A stretch of DNA of 63,431 nt, the filler included, from Folioceros fuciformis (lineage: Eukaryota), in the NCBI GenBank assembly GCA_049999805.1. It is 5 parts of 5 records of this genome, joined end to end, with 100 filler letters (N's around TTAATTAATTAA, not from the genome) between each part and the next. Parts side by side here need not be neighbours in the genome. Positions count along the whole stretch, not along the records: positions 33,558 to 62,012 come from JBNGIO010003108.1; 4 more parts are not named here. The stretch is one strand, 5' to 3'. Below the pieces are notes generated by a model. It was not told where the DNA came from and did no database searches. It worked only from the letters and a program-made list of their open reading frames with translations. Numbering within the stretch: position 1 is the first letter of the stretch; each line of letters opens with the position of its first letter. The translations under genes and the position numbers were made by a program. Positions 36,895 through 48,600 of this stretch are shown piece by piece.

Positions 36895-38136
36895 ATGAGA
36901 ACCCTGTGGGTTGCTCTCTTCTTCCTGGCATTGCTAGCAGCTGGAAGGACTCATGGGCGAATTGTCTCCGAAGGGAACCATCGGAGGGCATTGCCGGAGT
37001 GGGAAGCGGCGGCGGAAGAGTATCTGCAAGTAGTGAACCGCCCATTCCTGGAGTCCATGACCCTGTCCGACGGCAGCACGGTGGACTGCGTTCGGCTCGA
37101 GGACCAGCTGTCTCTCCAGCACCCGCTACTCAAGGACCACGCCATCCTCTCCGCCCCGTCCTTCCCAATCTGGAAACCCGGCGATCCCGTCGAAGCTTCA
37201 ACCGGCAGGGAGACCCCGGCGCCCACATTCCAGCTCTTCCACCTCGAGAAAGGATCCTGCCCACCCGGTACAATCCCGGTGCGCCGCACGCGCCTAGAGG
37301 ATCTGCAGGGCGTGGACGACCCGGGCGCCCATCACAGGAAATACAGCTCCGGCACCCAAAATACCTCCAGGACAATCTTCGCCGGGTCCCGCACATTCCA
37401 GCCTCCCGGCTCCTCCGGCAGTCACGAGTATGCCATTGTGCAAACCACCGGGTCCTTCACCGGCGCCATGTCCTTCATCAGCACATGGGCGCCGTTCGTG
37501 GCGGCGCCTGCCGACTTCAGCCTATCTCAGCTATGGGTGGGAGCGGGGGCCGGCAGCAGCATCAACACGGTGGAGGCCGGGTGGCAGGTGTACCCGCTCC
37601 TCTCCGGGGACTATCGCCCGCACCTCTTCATCTACTGGACGGCGGACGGCTACGCCTCCACGGGCTGCTACAACCTGCGCTGCCCGGCCTTCGTGCAGAT
37701 CAACCCCGCCGTTGTGCTCGGCGGCGCCATGGCCGCCGTCTCCTCCCCGGGCTCCGCCGTCTTCTACCAGAAATTTCTCCTCTACAAGGACCCCGTCGCT
37801 TGGTGGCTCCAAATCGACGGCTTCTGGATTGGATACTGGCCGGCCTTCCTTTTCAACTCCCTCGCCGTCTCCTCCAAGTGGGTCCAATGGGGCGGCGAGG
37901 TCTGCCTCACGACCCCCTCTTCGGGCAGCACCGACATGGGGTCCGGATTCTTCCCCTCCACCGGCGCCGCCCGAGCCGCCACGCACAACGCTCTCAGTAC
38001 TGTGGACGGTGCCCTCAATCCGCACGACTTGGGCGGGCTCTACATGTTCACCTCCGACTCCTCGCGCTACGCCGCCCAGATCCAGTACCACACCAGCGCC
38101 GGGACTCAGCTCCTCTTCGGAGGACCTGGCCAATAA
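36895..38136 (+). CDS. Secreted neprosin-family (DUF239) glutamic peptidase with activation peptide, 413 aa, single coding exon
   Basis: Signal peptide; propeptide 'DCV..EDQ.SLQHPLLKDH' and 'CPPGTIPVRR'; 'HEYA', 'NTVEAGWQVYP', 'YWTADGY..TGCYNL.C', 'IGYWP', 'WGGEV', 'FGGPG'. Confidence 0.93.
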   Translation: MRTLWVALFFLALLAAGRTHGRIVSEGNHRRALPEWEAAAEEYLQVVNRPFLESMTLSDGSTVDCVRLEDQLSLQHPLLKDHAILSAPSFPIWKPGDPVEASTGRETPAPTFQLFHLEKGSCPPGTIPVRRTRLEDLQGVDDPGAHHRKYSSGTQNTSRTIFAGSRTFQPPGSSGSHEYAIVQTTGSFTGAMSFISTWAPFVAAPADFSLSQLWVGAGAGSSINTVEAGWQVYPLLSGDYRPHLFIYWTADGYASTGCYNLRCPAFVQINPAVVLGGAMAAVSSPGSAVFYQKFLLYKDPVAWWLQIDGFWIGYWPAFLFNSLAVSSKWVQWGGEVCLTTPSSGSTDMGSGFFPSTGAARAATHNALSTVDGALNPHDLGGLYMFTSDSSRYAAQIQYHTSAGTQLLFGGPGQ

Positions 38137-38552
38137 CCTCTGTTCACAGACATAACCCATATTGCTTGAATAACAACTGTTCCTCTCGGTTCCAGGGGAG
38201 GAGACTATACTTCGCGGGCACTGCGTTGTTCGTCGAATGCAGGCATAATTCCTGAGACGCGAACATCATTCATGACCTACGGTCCTTGTGTCATCTGGGG
38301 TCCAGAATTCTGGTCCAGCTACCAGATGATTGGTGTTGATGAGTCAGTGATGCAATTGTACGTATGTATGTAACGAACGATCGGTTACTCATCGCCGTGC
38401 ATTGCCATCCCGCATTCCTGGATGTGGAGGTGGGGTGTACACAAATGCGTAGTCGGGTTACTGTTCTTGGGGCTCAGCGAGGTCTATAGCAATGCACCTG
38501 GCTTCAAGGAAGCGTAGGTTGCCAGGAAACAGCCAAGCTGGGAAGTTGCAGG

Positions 38553-41500
38553 ATGGCGGACCTCTGCCTGGGATTCAACGGGAATTGTTGTTGGAGGGTC
38601 GGTGATGCTGGCGCTCTCTTGGGTGAATGGGTGACGGCTGAGGGTGTGAGGAAGCTGTGTGACTGTGGCTACCTTGCTCAGGCTGTGGAGGCTGTGGGAG
38701 TTTTGGTGCGGACGGAACGAGGAGTGTCCAGCTCTCTTTTGTACGAGGTGTTGAAGGGATGTGTTGGGAGACGAGATCTTGTGCTGGGTCGTAGGGTGCA
38801 TGGGATGATGGTGAGGCTGGGGTACGAGTCGAATGCGTTCTTGGGCAACCACATGCTGCGGATGTATGCTGGGCATGGCAGGTTGGGGGAGGTGATGGAT
38901 GTGTTTGAAGGGGTTGCCAGGAAGGATGCTTTCATGTGGTCTTCGGTGATTTCTGCGCACGTTAAGGTGGGGGAGGACAAGGAGGCTGTTCAGCTGTATC
39001 GACGGATGCGGGAGTCCGGGCTGGTGCCGGATGGGCATGTGTTTGTTGCTGCCCTTCAGGCTTGTGCCAGGGGAGCGGACTTGGAGACTGGGGAGCAGGT
39101 GCATGCTGATGTGTTCGCCGCTGGGGTAGAGCCTGACTTGTTTGTGTGTAATGCCTTGGTGGACATGTATGCCAAGTGTGGGAGCTTGGAAGACGCTCGG
39201 AGAGTGTTCGACGGGCTTGGTCGTCGGAGAGATGTGGTAACGTGGACTGCTCTGATTGCAGGGTATTCGCAGAAGGGGATGGGGGAGGAAGCGCTTCTGC
39301 TGTACTTTGGTATGGAGGAAGAAGGCATCGCCGTACCCAATTCGGTAACGTTTGTGTGCCTCCTGCAAGCATGTGCAGGTGTGGGAGCCTCAGCTTTGGA
39401 GACGGGGAAGAGGCTTCACGCGCAAATCAGAGAACGAGGACACGAGCCTGATGTGTTTGTATCAAACAGTTTGGTGAACATGTATGCCAAGTGTGGCAGT
39501 CTTGAGGACGCTCAAAGAGTGTTTGATGAGCTTGATTCAAAGGATGTGGTGACATGGAATGCAATGATAGCAGGGTATACCCAGCGGAGCCTGGGCCAGG
39601 AAGCCCTCCTCCTGTACGCGTCCATGCAGGAGGGGGGCGTAGCAGTACCCAATGCCGTTACATTTGGGTGCCTCCTGCACGCTTGTTCGATTGTTGGCGC
39701 CACATGTTTGGACATGGGCAAGCAGCTTCATGTGCAAATCAGGGACCGAGGACTCCAAGATGATGCGGCTCTGGCCACCAATTTGGTGAACATGTATGCA
39801 AAGTGTGGGAGCTTGGAAGACGCGCGGATGTTGTTCGATAGACTGGGCAAAAAGGAAGTGGTGACATGGAATGCCATGATTGCAGGGTATTCCCAGCAGG
39901 GCCTGGGACAGGAAGCACTTCTTCTCTATAGTGACATGCAAGAAGACAGCAACATTGCACCAGATTCTGTGACATTTGCTTGCCTCCTACAGGCATGTGC
40001 AGTTCTGGGTCCTCAAGCATTGGAGGAGGGGAAGCAGCTTCATGCGCAAATTAGAGAACGAGGGCATGAAGCTGATGCTTTTGTAGCCAGCAGTCTGGTG
40101 AACATGTACGCAAAGTGTGGCAGCTTGAAAGACGCGCAGAGAGTGTTTGACAGACTTGGCCGACATGATGTGGTGATGTGGAATGCCCTGATAGCAGGAT
40201 GTTCCCAACAGGGCATGGGGCGGCAAGCTTTTCATCTGTACGAGGAGATGTTAGTAGAAGGCATTGCCTCGCCTAATTCTGTGACATTTGTCTGCCTCCT
40301 GCAGGCATGTGCAAGTTTAGGCAGCCCAGCCTTGGAGAAGGGTAAACAGCTTCATGCTCAAATTAGAGAACAAGGAGTTCAAGCTGATGTTTTTGTGGCC
40401 AACAGTTTGGTCAACATGTATGCAAAGTGTGGCAGCTTAGGAGACGCCCAGAGACTGTTTGACGGACTGGGTCAAAAGAATGTGGTGACATGGAATGCCA
40501 TGATAGCAGGCTACTCCCAGCAGGGAATGGGCCAGGAAGCCCTTTCTCTATACAAAGCTATGCACGAACAGGGCATGGCTGCACCAGATGCGGTGACCTT
40601 TGTGTGCCTCCTGCAGGCATGTGCAAATGTGGCAGCCTTGCATCTGGGAAGGCAGCTGCATGCACGGATCAAAGAGCAAAGGCTTGAAGCTGACGTTTTT
40701 GTAGGCGGTAGTTTGATAAACATGTATGGAAAGTCCGGCAGCATGGAAGATGCACAGCAGGTGTTTGATGCCTTGTCTCAAAGGGACGACGTCGCCTGGA
40801 GTGCACTGATTGCAGGCTATGCCTCTCAAGGAGATAGTCAAGTGGTCTTTTCCTTGTTCCAAAGGATGAAGGAAGATGGCATACAGCCAGTTGGTGTCAC
40901 CTTCCTTAGCGTACTGACCGCATGCAGCCACGCCGGTCTAGTGAACAAGGGGAGAGAGTACTTCGAGGCTATGAGCAGACTGTACAGCATCACTCCCACG
41001 GTGGAGCACTACACGTGTATGGTGGATCTCTTGGGTCGTGCAGGCTTCCTGGAGGAAGCTCTAGACCTAGTAGAGACAATGTCTGTACTGCCTAACGCTG
41101 GAGTTTGGCACACTCTGCTGAACGCTTGCCGCAAGTGGTGTAACCTGGAGATTGGTCGCCATGCCTTCGATGAGGTTATGAAGCTAGACAAGAAAGATGC
41201 CTCGGCGTATGTGCTGATGTCGAACATATACAGGGGTGCCCAGATGCGGGAGCAGGCACAGGAGATGCAGGCAGCGAGAATGAGAACCAGAGCATGGAAG
41301 CAGCTGCCAGGGCAGAGCTGGTGGACAGACATGGATGGACTGGTGCAAAGCTTTCTAGTCGGGTATAAGAGGTGCTACCGGATTTGCAAAATGAAGCAAG
41401 ACGGATACGTTTCACGCGTGAACTCGCTACCAGCAGACATCTGTAACAGTAGAAAGCAAGATGATTTGTGTTGGCACAACGAGAAGCTGGCTATGGCATG

Positions 41501-41582
41501 TGTCCTATCCAGCAAAACCCATGTAATGACTTACAAGTTTTTGATAGCAACACATCTCAATGCCACCGCGTCCACGGTGTAG
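38553..41582 (+). CDS. PLS-class PPR protein 1 (E1-E2, WW-type PG box, decayed DYW), 1009 aa
   Basis: P/L/S repeats; 'ACSHAGLV', 'EHYTCMVDLLGRAG', 'AYVLMSNIY', 'PGQSWWTDMDG', 'LCWHNEKLA'. No CxxC and no DYW terminus. Confidence 0.95.
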   Translation: MADLCLGFNGNCCWRVGDAGALLGEWVTAEGVRKLCDCGYLAQAVEAVGVLVRTERGVSSSLLYEVLKGCVGRRDLVLGRRVHGMMVRLGYESNAFLGNHMLRMYAGHGRLGEVMDVFEGVARKDAFMWSSVISAHVKVGEDKEAVQLYRRMRESGLVPDGHVFVAALQACARGADLETGEQVHADVFAAGVEPDLFVCNALVDMYAKCGSLEDARRVFDGLGRRRDVVTWTALIAGYSQKGMGEEALLLYFGMEEEGIAVPNSVTFVCLLQACAGVGASALETGKRLHAQIRERGHEPDVFVSNSLVNMYAKCGSLEDAQRVFDELDSKDVVTWNAMIAGYTQRSLGQEALLLYASMQEGGVAVPNAVTFGCLLHACSIVGATCLDMGKQLHVQIRDRGLQDDAALATNLVNMYAKCGSLEDARMLFDRLGKKEVVTWNAMIAGYSQQGLGQEALLLYSDMQEDSNIAPDSVTFACLLQACAVLGPQALEEGKQLHAQIRERGHEADAFVASSLVNMYAKCGSLKDAQRVFDRLGRHDVVMWNALIAGCSQQGMGRQAFHLYEEMLVEGIASPNSVTFVCLLQACASLGSPALEKGKQLHAQIREQGVQADVFVANSLVNMYAKCGSLGDAQRLFDGLGQKNVVTWNAMIAGYSQQGMGQEALSLYKAMHEQGMAAPDAVTFVCLLQACANVAALHLGRQLHARIKEQRLEADVFVGGSLINMYGKSGSMEDAQQVFDALSQRDDVAWSALIAGYASQGDSQVVFSLFQRMKEDGIQPVGVTFLSVLTACSHAGLVNKGREYFEAMSRLYSITPTVEHYTCMVDLLGRAGFLEEALDLVETMSVLPNAGVWHTLLNACRKWCNLEIGRHAFDEVMKLDKKDASAYVLMSNIYRGAQMREQAQEMQAARMRTRAWKQLPGQSWWTDMDGLVQSFLVGYKRCYRICKMKQDGYVSRVNSLPADICNSRKQDDLCWHNEKLAMACVLSSKTHVMTYKFLIATHLNATASTV

Positions 41583-42049
41583 AGAGGCGAACCATAATCT
41601 CCTTTTCCTCTCTGCCCACCTCAGCGTAGCCACAAGTATCGCCGGTTAGGTCTCTGCTAAGTTCATCGATGGTAACGGCTTGAGGACATGCGCCTTGTCC
41701 CAATTCCCTTCCTTCAGACGTTGATATACACAGGTCTCCACTTGAACCTGGACATCTGATCACTCCGTCGGATCACCTTTGGGCACGGTTTCATACGTGT
41801 GCACAAGCCACAGACAAATATTGAAAAATCTGATCAGACTTCACGCGCAGACTGCTGTGCCTTCTGGGATGTGCCCGTAGGTTGCCGTCATGCTTCTGTC
41901 AACCACGTTTGCTGCTTCAGGTGCTAACATTCGCAAATCACAGGTGTTGCTGATGACCTCACTCCAATCCATCCTACTCCATGTCGTCTCCCACAGTGAC
42001 GGGCTGGTGTCTCCTGAATCTATAGGTCCAGGGCTTGCTCCTGGAAGCC

Positions 42050-45000
42050 ATGGCTGTGCGGAGGTTTGTGGAAAGGGCTCCGGCTCACCTTTCTTCATGG
42101 AACCAGTCTTTGGTAAACGAGAAAGCCGCTATATGCAGCACCGTTGCAAGGAACCCAGTCCCTCTGTGGCCGGCTGGACAGGGATATTCCAGCCAGGTTG
42201 TAATGGTTGAAACTGTGAGCAAGCTATGTCAGGAGGGCCATCTCGCTGAAGCTGTTCAGGCTTTGGGGCTGTTGGTGCAGTCGGAGTGCTGTATTTCCAA
42301 AGCTCTGTTCTATACCGTACTGAAGAATTGTGTGGCCAACAAGGATCTTGTTCTGGGTCGTAGAGTACATGCCTTTACCGTGAAAAAGGGATATCAATGG
42401 GACAACTTTCTGTGCAACCACATCCTGCGAATGTATTCTTCTCATGGCATGTTGCAGGACGCGATGGATGTGTTCACCGGGGTAATCGAACCAGATGCCT
42501 TCATGTGGTCTTCCATAATATCTGCGCATGTCAAACACGGACAAGTCCAACAGGCTATACAACTGTATCATGAGTTGCGCAGGTCAAGAGTGCAGCCTGA
42601 TGGCCATGTATTTGTGGCAATCCTGCAGGCTTGTGCATCAGGACGAGATCCCAAAACTGGGCAGCAGGTGCATGCAGACGTTTTGGCCAGTAGGGTGGAG
42701 CCTCACCTGTTTGTCTGGAATGGCTTGGTGGACATGTATGCAAAGTGTGGCAGGTTGGAACATGCACAACGAGTGTTTGACGGAATTTGTCAAAAAGATG
42801 TGGTGACATGGAATGCCATGATGTCAGGCTATTCCCAGCAGGGCATGGGACAGGAAGCTCTTAATCTCTACTCCTCTATGCAAGAAGAAGGCATCACTGT
42901 ACCCAATTCCGTGACGTTTGTGTGCCTCCTACAGGCATGTGCAAATATGGGCACCCGAGCTTTTGAGACAGGGAAGGATCTTCATGCGCAAATTAGAGAA
43001 CGAGGATGTCAAGCTGATTTGTTTGTATCAAACAGTTTGGTAGACATGTATGCAAAATGTGGCAGCTTGGAAGATGCCCAAATGGTGTTTAACGGGCTTA
43101 CCCAAAAGGACGTGGTCACGTGGAATGCCATGATAGCTGGATATTCCAAGCAGGGCATGGGGCACAAAGCTCTTCGTCTCTACACTTCTATGAGAGAAGA
43201 AGGCATAGCTGTACCCGATACCGTGACCTTCGTGCACCTTCTGCAGGCATGTGCAAGTGTAGGGGTGCCAGCTTTGGAAACAGGGAAGCAGCTGCATTAC
43301 CAAATTAAAGAAGGTGGACTCGAGTCTGGAATGTTTGTAGCCAGCAGTTTGGTGAACATGTATGCAAAGTGTGGGAGCTTGCAAGACGCCCAGAGAGTGT
43401 TTGACAGGCTTGGTCAAAAAGATGTGGTGACGTGGAATGCAATGATAGCAGGGTATTCCCAGCAGGGAATGGGCCAGGAAGCTCTTCATCTTTATAGGGT
43501 TATGCAACAAGAAGACGTAGCAGTCCCAAATTCCGTGACATTTGTGTTCCTTCTGCAGGCATGTGCAAGTGCGGGCACCAGAGCGTTAGATGAGGGAAAG
43601 AATCTTCATTCACAAATTAGAAAACGAGGATATCACACAGACGTGTTTGTAGCCAACAGTCTGGTGACCATGTATGCAAAGTGTGGAAGCTTGCAAGCTG
43701 CTCAGAATGTGTTTGACGGACTTGGTCACAAAAATGTGGTGACTTGGAATGCCATGATAGCAGGGTATTCACAGCAGGGCATGGGGCAGGAAGCCCTTCA
43801 GATCCATACTGCCATGCAAGACGAAGGCATGGTTGCACCCGATTCTGTCACATTTATGTGCCTTCTACAGGCATGTGCAACTGTGGGCGCCTCAGCTTTG
43901 GAAACGGGGAAGCAACTTCATGAGAAAATTAGAGAACAAGGACATGAAGCTGATGCATTTGTTGCTAATAGTCTGGTCAACATGTATGCCAAGTGTGGTA
44001 GCTTGGAACATGCTCAGAGTGTCTTTGACGGACTTGCTCAGAAAGATGTGGTCAGTTGGAACGTCATGATAGCAGGGTATTCCCAGCAGGACATGGGCCA
44101 GGAAGCCCTTCACCTCTACAGTGTTATGCAAGAAGATGCCATCGCTGTTCCGGATTCGGTGACATTTCTTTGCCTCCTGCAGGCCTGTGCAAGTATGGGC
44201 ACCCCGGCTTTGGTGAAAGGGAGGCAGCTTCATGCACAGATTAGAGAACGGGGCTATCAGAGTGACGTTAGTGTGGCCAACAGTTTGGTAAACATGTACG
44301 CAAAGTGTGGCAGCCCAGAGGATGCCCAAAGAGTGTTTGATGGTCTTGGTAGAAAGAATGTGGTGACGTGGAATGCAATGATCGCAGGCTACTCACGACA
44401 GGGCATGGGGCAGGAAGCTCTTCTTCTTTACCGTGATATGGAAGAAGAAGGCGTCGCTGTACCCAACTCTGTGACATTTGTGTGCCTCCTTCAGGCATGT
44501 GCAAATGTTGCAGCTTTACATGTGGGAAAGCAGTTACATACACAGATCAAAGAACAAGGGCTTGAAGGTGATGTGTTTATATCTGGCAGTTTGATAAACA
44601 TGTACGGGAAGTCGGGGAGCATCCTGGACGCACAACAGGTGTTTGATGCGCTGCCGGGACGAGACATCGTTGCCTGGAGTGCACTGATTGCAGGCTACGC
44701 CGGTCTAGGAAACTCTGTAGTGGTCTTCGAGTTGGTCCAGAGAATGAAAGAAGATGGCATTCAGCCGGTTGGCATCACCTTTCTTAGCATACTAACGGTA
44801 TGCAGTCATGCAGGTCTTGTGAACAAGGGGCAAGAATATTTCAAGGATATGAGCAGCCAGTACGGCATCAGTCCAACAGTCGAGCACTATACATGCATGG
44901 TGGACCTCCTGGGCCGTGCTGGCCAACTGGACGAGGCACTGGCTTTGCTAATGGAAATGCCTACACTGCCTAATGCTGCAGCTTGGCACACTCTGCTGGG

Positions 45001-45250
45001 TGCCTGTCGAAAGTGGGCAAATGTGGAGGTGGGACGTCACGCTTTCAACGAAGCAGTGAAGTTAGAAGAGAAAGATTCCTCAGCATACGTTCTGATGTCC
45101 AACATTTACATCGGTGCCCAGATGTGGGAGCAGGCACAGGAGCTGCGGCGGAAGAGGAAAGGAATCAGGGCATGGAAGCAGCCAGGTCAGAGCTGGTGGA
45201 CAGACATGGAGGGACTAGTGCATAGTTTCCTGGTTCACAGTAACTGCTAA
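42050..45250 (+). CDS. PLS-class PPR protein 2 (E1-E2 plus WW-type PG box, DYW truncated)
   Basis: Uninterrupted ORF with first ATG at 42050; ends 'KQPGQSWWTDMEGLVHSFLVHSNC'. Confidence 0.95.
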   Translation: MAVRRFVERAPAHLSSWNQSLVNEKAAICSTVARNPVPLWPAGQGYSSQVVMVETVSKLCQEGHLAEAVQALGLLVQSECCISKALFYTVLKNCVANKDLVLGRRVHAFTVKKGYQWDNFLCNHILRMYSSHGMLQDAMDVFTGVIEPDAFMWSSIISAHVKHGQVQQAIQLYHELRRSRVQPDGHVFVAILQACASGRDPKTGQQVHADVLASRVEPHLFVWNGLVDMYAKCGRLEHAQRVFDGICQKDVVTWNAMMSGYSQQGMGQEALNLYSSMQEEGITVPNSVTFVCLLQACANMGTRAFETGKDLHAQIRERGCQADLFVSNSLVDMYAKCGSLEDAQMVFNGLTQKDVVTWNAMIAGYSKQGMGHKALRLYTSMREEGIAVPDTVTFVHLLQACASVGVPALETGKQLHYQIKEGGLESGMFVASSLVNMYAKCGSLQDAQRVFDRLGQKDVVTWNAMIAGYSQQGMGQEALHLYRVMQQEDVAVPNSVTFVFLLQACASAGTRALDEGKNLHSQIRKRGYHTDVFVANSLVTMYAKCGSLQAAQNVFDGLGHKNVVTWNAMIAGYSQQGMGQEALQIHTAMQDEGMVAPDSVTFMCLLQACATVGASALETGKQLHEKIREQGHEADAFVANSLVNMYAKCGSLEHAQSVFDGLAQKDVVSWNVMIAGYSQQDMGQEALHLYSVMQEDAIAVPDSVTFLCLLQACASMGTPALVKGRQLHAQIRERGYQSDVSVANSLVNMYAKCGSPEDAQRVFDGLGRKNVVTWNAMIAGYSRQGMGQEALLLYRDMEEEGVAVPNSVTFVCLLQACANVAALHVGKQLHTQIKEQGLEGDVFISGSLINMYGKSGSILDAQQVFDALPGRDIVAWSALIAGYAGLGNSVVVFELVQRMKEDGIQPVGITFLSILTVCSHAGLVNKGQEYFKDMSSQYGISPTVEHYTCMVDLLGRAGQLDEALALLMEMPTLPNAAAWHTLLGACRKWANVEVGRHAFNEAVKLEEKDSSAYVLMSNIYIGAQMWEQAQELRRKRKGIRAWKQPGQSWWTDMEGLVHSFLVHSNC

Positions 45251-45638
45251 AAGTGAAAGAGGAGGACGGACGGATTCTGGTTCACCACCAGCAGACAGTT
45301 TTGCATCGGGTGGCACAAGGTGAAGCATCACATGTTGCAGTGGCATAAAATTTGCTTTCAATCCTGAGCGAAAAAAGCAGGACATTGAACCTACTTCTTG
45401 GGTTGTTGCTTTTAAAAACAAGAGTTCGCGGAGCGCTCAGAGAAAACTTGTTTTCTCGTCTACCAGTTCCCTCTTCAAGGGATGAAACTGCAGACTAATT
45501 CTATTCTAATGTCCGAACTACGAAGCCTCAAATCGACGGAACCGTGTCCAGATGTTTTATAGTATGGCTGCTCTTAATCTACTTGCGCCGCTGTACATGT
45601 TGCTTTCATCAGCTTAAAAAGAACGTGCTGCAACCATG

Positions 45639-48600
45639 CTACTCTCTTAGCTTCTTCTCCCCAACCAAAAAACTGTGCACAAGCCCATCCATGTCTGTCC
45701 ACCAGCTCTGACCTGGCTGTTTCCATGCCCTGAGCCTTTTCCTCCTTCCCTGCACCTCTTGTGCCTGTTCCCACATCTGGGCACCAGTGTATATGTTTGA
45801 CATTAACACGTACGCTGCAGCATCTTCGCTGTTTAGTTTGACAGCTTCGTTGAAAGCATGGAGTCCCACCTCTACATTACTCCACTTTTGGCAAGCGCCC
45901 AACAGAGTGTGCCAAACATCAGCGATAGGCTGCACAGGCATTGTTCTTATGAAACTTAGTGCCCCATCCAGATGGCCTGCACGACATAGGAGATCCACCA
46001 TGCAAGTGCAGTGCTCAACAGTCGGACTGATCCCGTACCGTGTACTCATAGTCTCAAAGTAGTGCCTCCCTTCGGTCACCAGACCCACATGACTGCATAC
46101 AGATAGTACACTAACCAAGGTGATACCGACTGGCTGTACTTCATCCTCTGACATTTTCTGCACCAAGTGAAAGACCCGTTCACAGTCCCCTTGACAGCTA
46201 TATCCCGCAATCAATGCATTCCAGGCGACAACATCTCTCCTAGGCAATGCATCAAACAACCGCTGAGCATCAACCATGCTCCCTGACTTTCCGTACATGT
46301 TTATCAAACTCGCAGATACAGATGTGTCAGCTTGAAGCCCTTGTTGTTCAATCTGTGCATGAAGCTGTCTTCCCAGATGCACAGCCGCCACATTTGCACA
46401 TGCCTGGAGGAGGCACACAAATGTAATGCAATTGGGTACAACAGTGCTCTCGCGTTGCATAGTACTGAAAAGACGGAGGGCTTCTTGGCCCATACTCTGC
46501 TGGGAATAGCCTGCTATCATGGCATTCCACGTCACCACATTCTTTTCACCAAGTCTATCAAAGACTCTCTGCGCATCCTCTAGACTGCCACACTTGGCAT
46601 ACATGTTTACCAAACTGCTAGCTATAAACACCTCACCGTCTTGTCCTTGTTGTCGAATCTGCGCATGCAGCTGCCTACCCTTCTCCAACGCCAGGGAGCC
46701 GACACTCGAACACGCCTGCAGGAGGCAAACAAAAGTTACAGAATCGGGTACAGCCATGGCATCGTCTTGCATGGCATTGTAGAGATGAAAAGCTTCCTGG
46801 CCCATGCCCTGCTGAGAATACCCTGCAAACATGGCATTCCATGTTACCACATCTTTTTCTACAAGTTTGTCAAACACTCTGTGGGCGTCCTCTAGGCTGC
46901 CACACTTTGCATACATGTTTACCAAACTGCTGGCTATAAAGTCGTCAGCTTGATACCCACAAGCTCTGATTTGGGCATGGAGCTGCTTGCCTTTCTCCAA
47001 CGCTGAGGGGCCCACACTTGCACATGCTCGCAGGAGGCATGAAAATGTCATGGAATCTGGGACAGCTGTGCCTTTTTGTTGCACCGCGCTGAATAGATGA
47101 AGAGCTTCCTGGCCCATGCCGTAGTGGGAGTACCCTGCAAGCATGGCATTCAATGTCACCTTATCATTTTGGCCAAAGTTTTCAAATACCCCCTCAGCAT
47201 CCTCTAGGCTGCCACACTTTGCATACATGTTTACCAAACTGCTCGCTATGAACATGTCCCCGTCACACCTTCGATCTCGGATTTGAGCATGAAGTTGCTT
47301 GCCCATCTCCAAAGCTGGGGCACCCACAGTTGCACATGCCTGCAGGAGGCTCACAAACGTCACAGGATCAGGCTGAGCGCTCGCATGTTCTTGCATGACA
47401 GTGTAGAGATGAAGGGCTTCCTGTCCCATACCCTGCTGGGAATACCCTGCTATCATGGCATTCCATGTCACCACATCCTTTTGACCAAGTCCATCAAACA
47501 CTCTTCTAGCATCTTCACAGCTCCCGCACTTTGCATACATGTTCACCAAGCTGTTGGCTACAAACAGATTTGCTTCAAGCCCTTGCTCTCTGATTCGTAT
47601 ATGAAGCTGCTCCCCTTTTTCTAGTGCTTCGGAGCCGATACTTGCACATGCCTGCAGGAGGCACACAAATGTCACGGAATTTGGTAGAACGGTTCCTTCT
47701 TCCAGCATAACACCGTGTAGGCGAAGGGCTTCCTGTGCCATGCCCTGCTGGATGTATCCTGCAATTAGAGTAGTCCACGTCACAACATCTTTTTGACCAA
47801 GTTCACCAAACACTCTGCTAGCATCCTCTAGGCTGCCACACTTTGCATACATGTTGACCAAACTGTTGGCTACAAACACGTCAGCGTGGTATCCTCGCTC
47901 TCTAATCTGTGCATCAAGATGCTTCCCCTTGTCCAAAGCTAGAATGCCAATGGTCGCACAAGCCTGCAGAAGGCAAACAAATGTCACAGAATTCGGCACG
48001 ACGATACCTTCTTCTTGCATAGACAAGTAGAGATGAAGGGCTTCCTGCCCCATGCGTTGCTGGGAATATGCTGCTATCATAGCATTCCACGTCACCAGAT
48101 CTTTTTGCTGAAGTTCATCAAACAGTCTTCGAGCATCTTCCACACTGCCACACCTTACATACATCTTCACCAAGCTATTGGATACCAACATATTAGCTTG
48201 ATGTCCTTGTGCTCTAATGTGCGCATGAAGCTGCTTTCCCTCTTCCAAAGCTTCAGTGCCAACACTTGAACATGCCTGCAGGAGGCAGACAAATGTCACA
48301 GAATCAGGTGCATCAATCCCACTCTCTTGCATAGTGTGGTAAAGAAAAAGGGCTTCCTGCCCCATGCCCTGCTGGGAGTACCCTGCTATCATGGCATTCC
48401 ACGTCACGACATCCTTCTCAACAAGCCTGTCAAACACTTTGCGAGCATCTTCCAGACTGCCACATTTTGCAAACATGTTCACCAAACTATTGGCCACAAA
48501 AACATCAACTTCAAGACCTTGTTCTCGGATTTCTGCATGAAGCTGCTCTCCCTTCTTCAAAGCTGAGCTACCCACACTTGCACATGCCTGCAGGAGGCAC

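Noticed and set aside
36906-38255. Long overlapping ORFs (449, 241 and 209 aa) over the neprosin gene
   Set aside because: Shadow frames produced by high GC3; low-complexity Arg/Pro/Ser translations.
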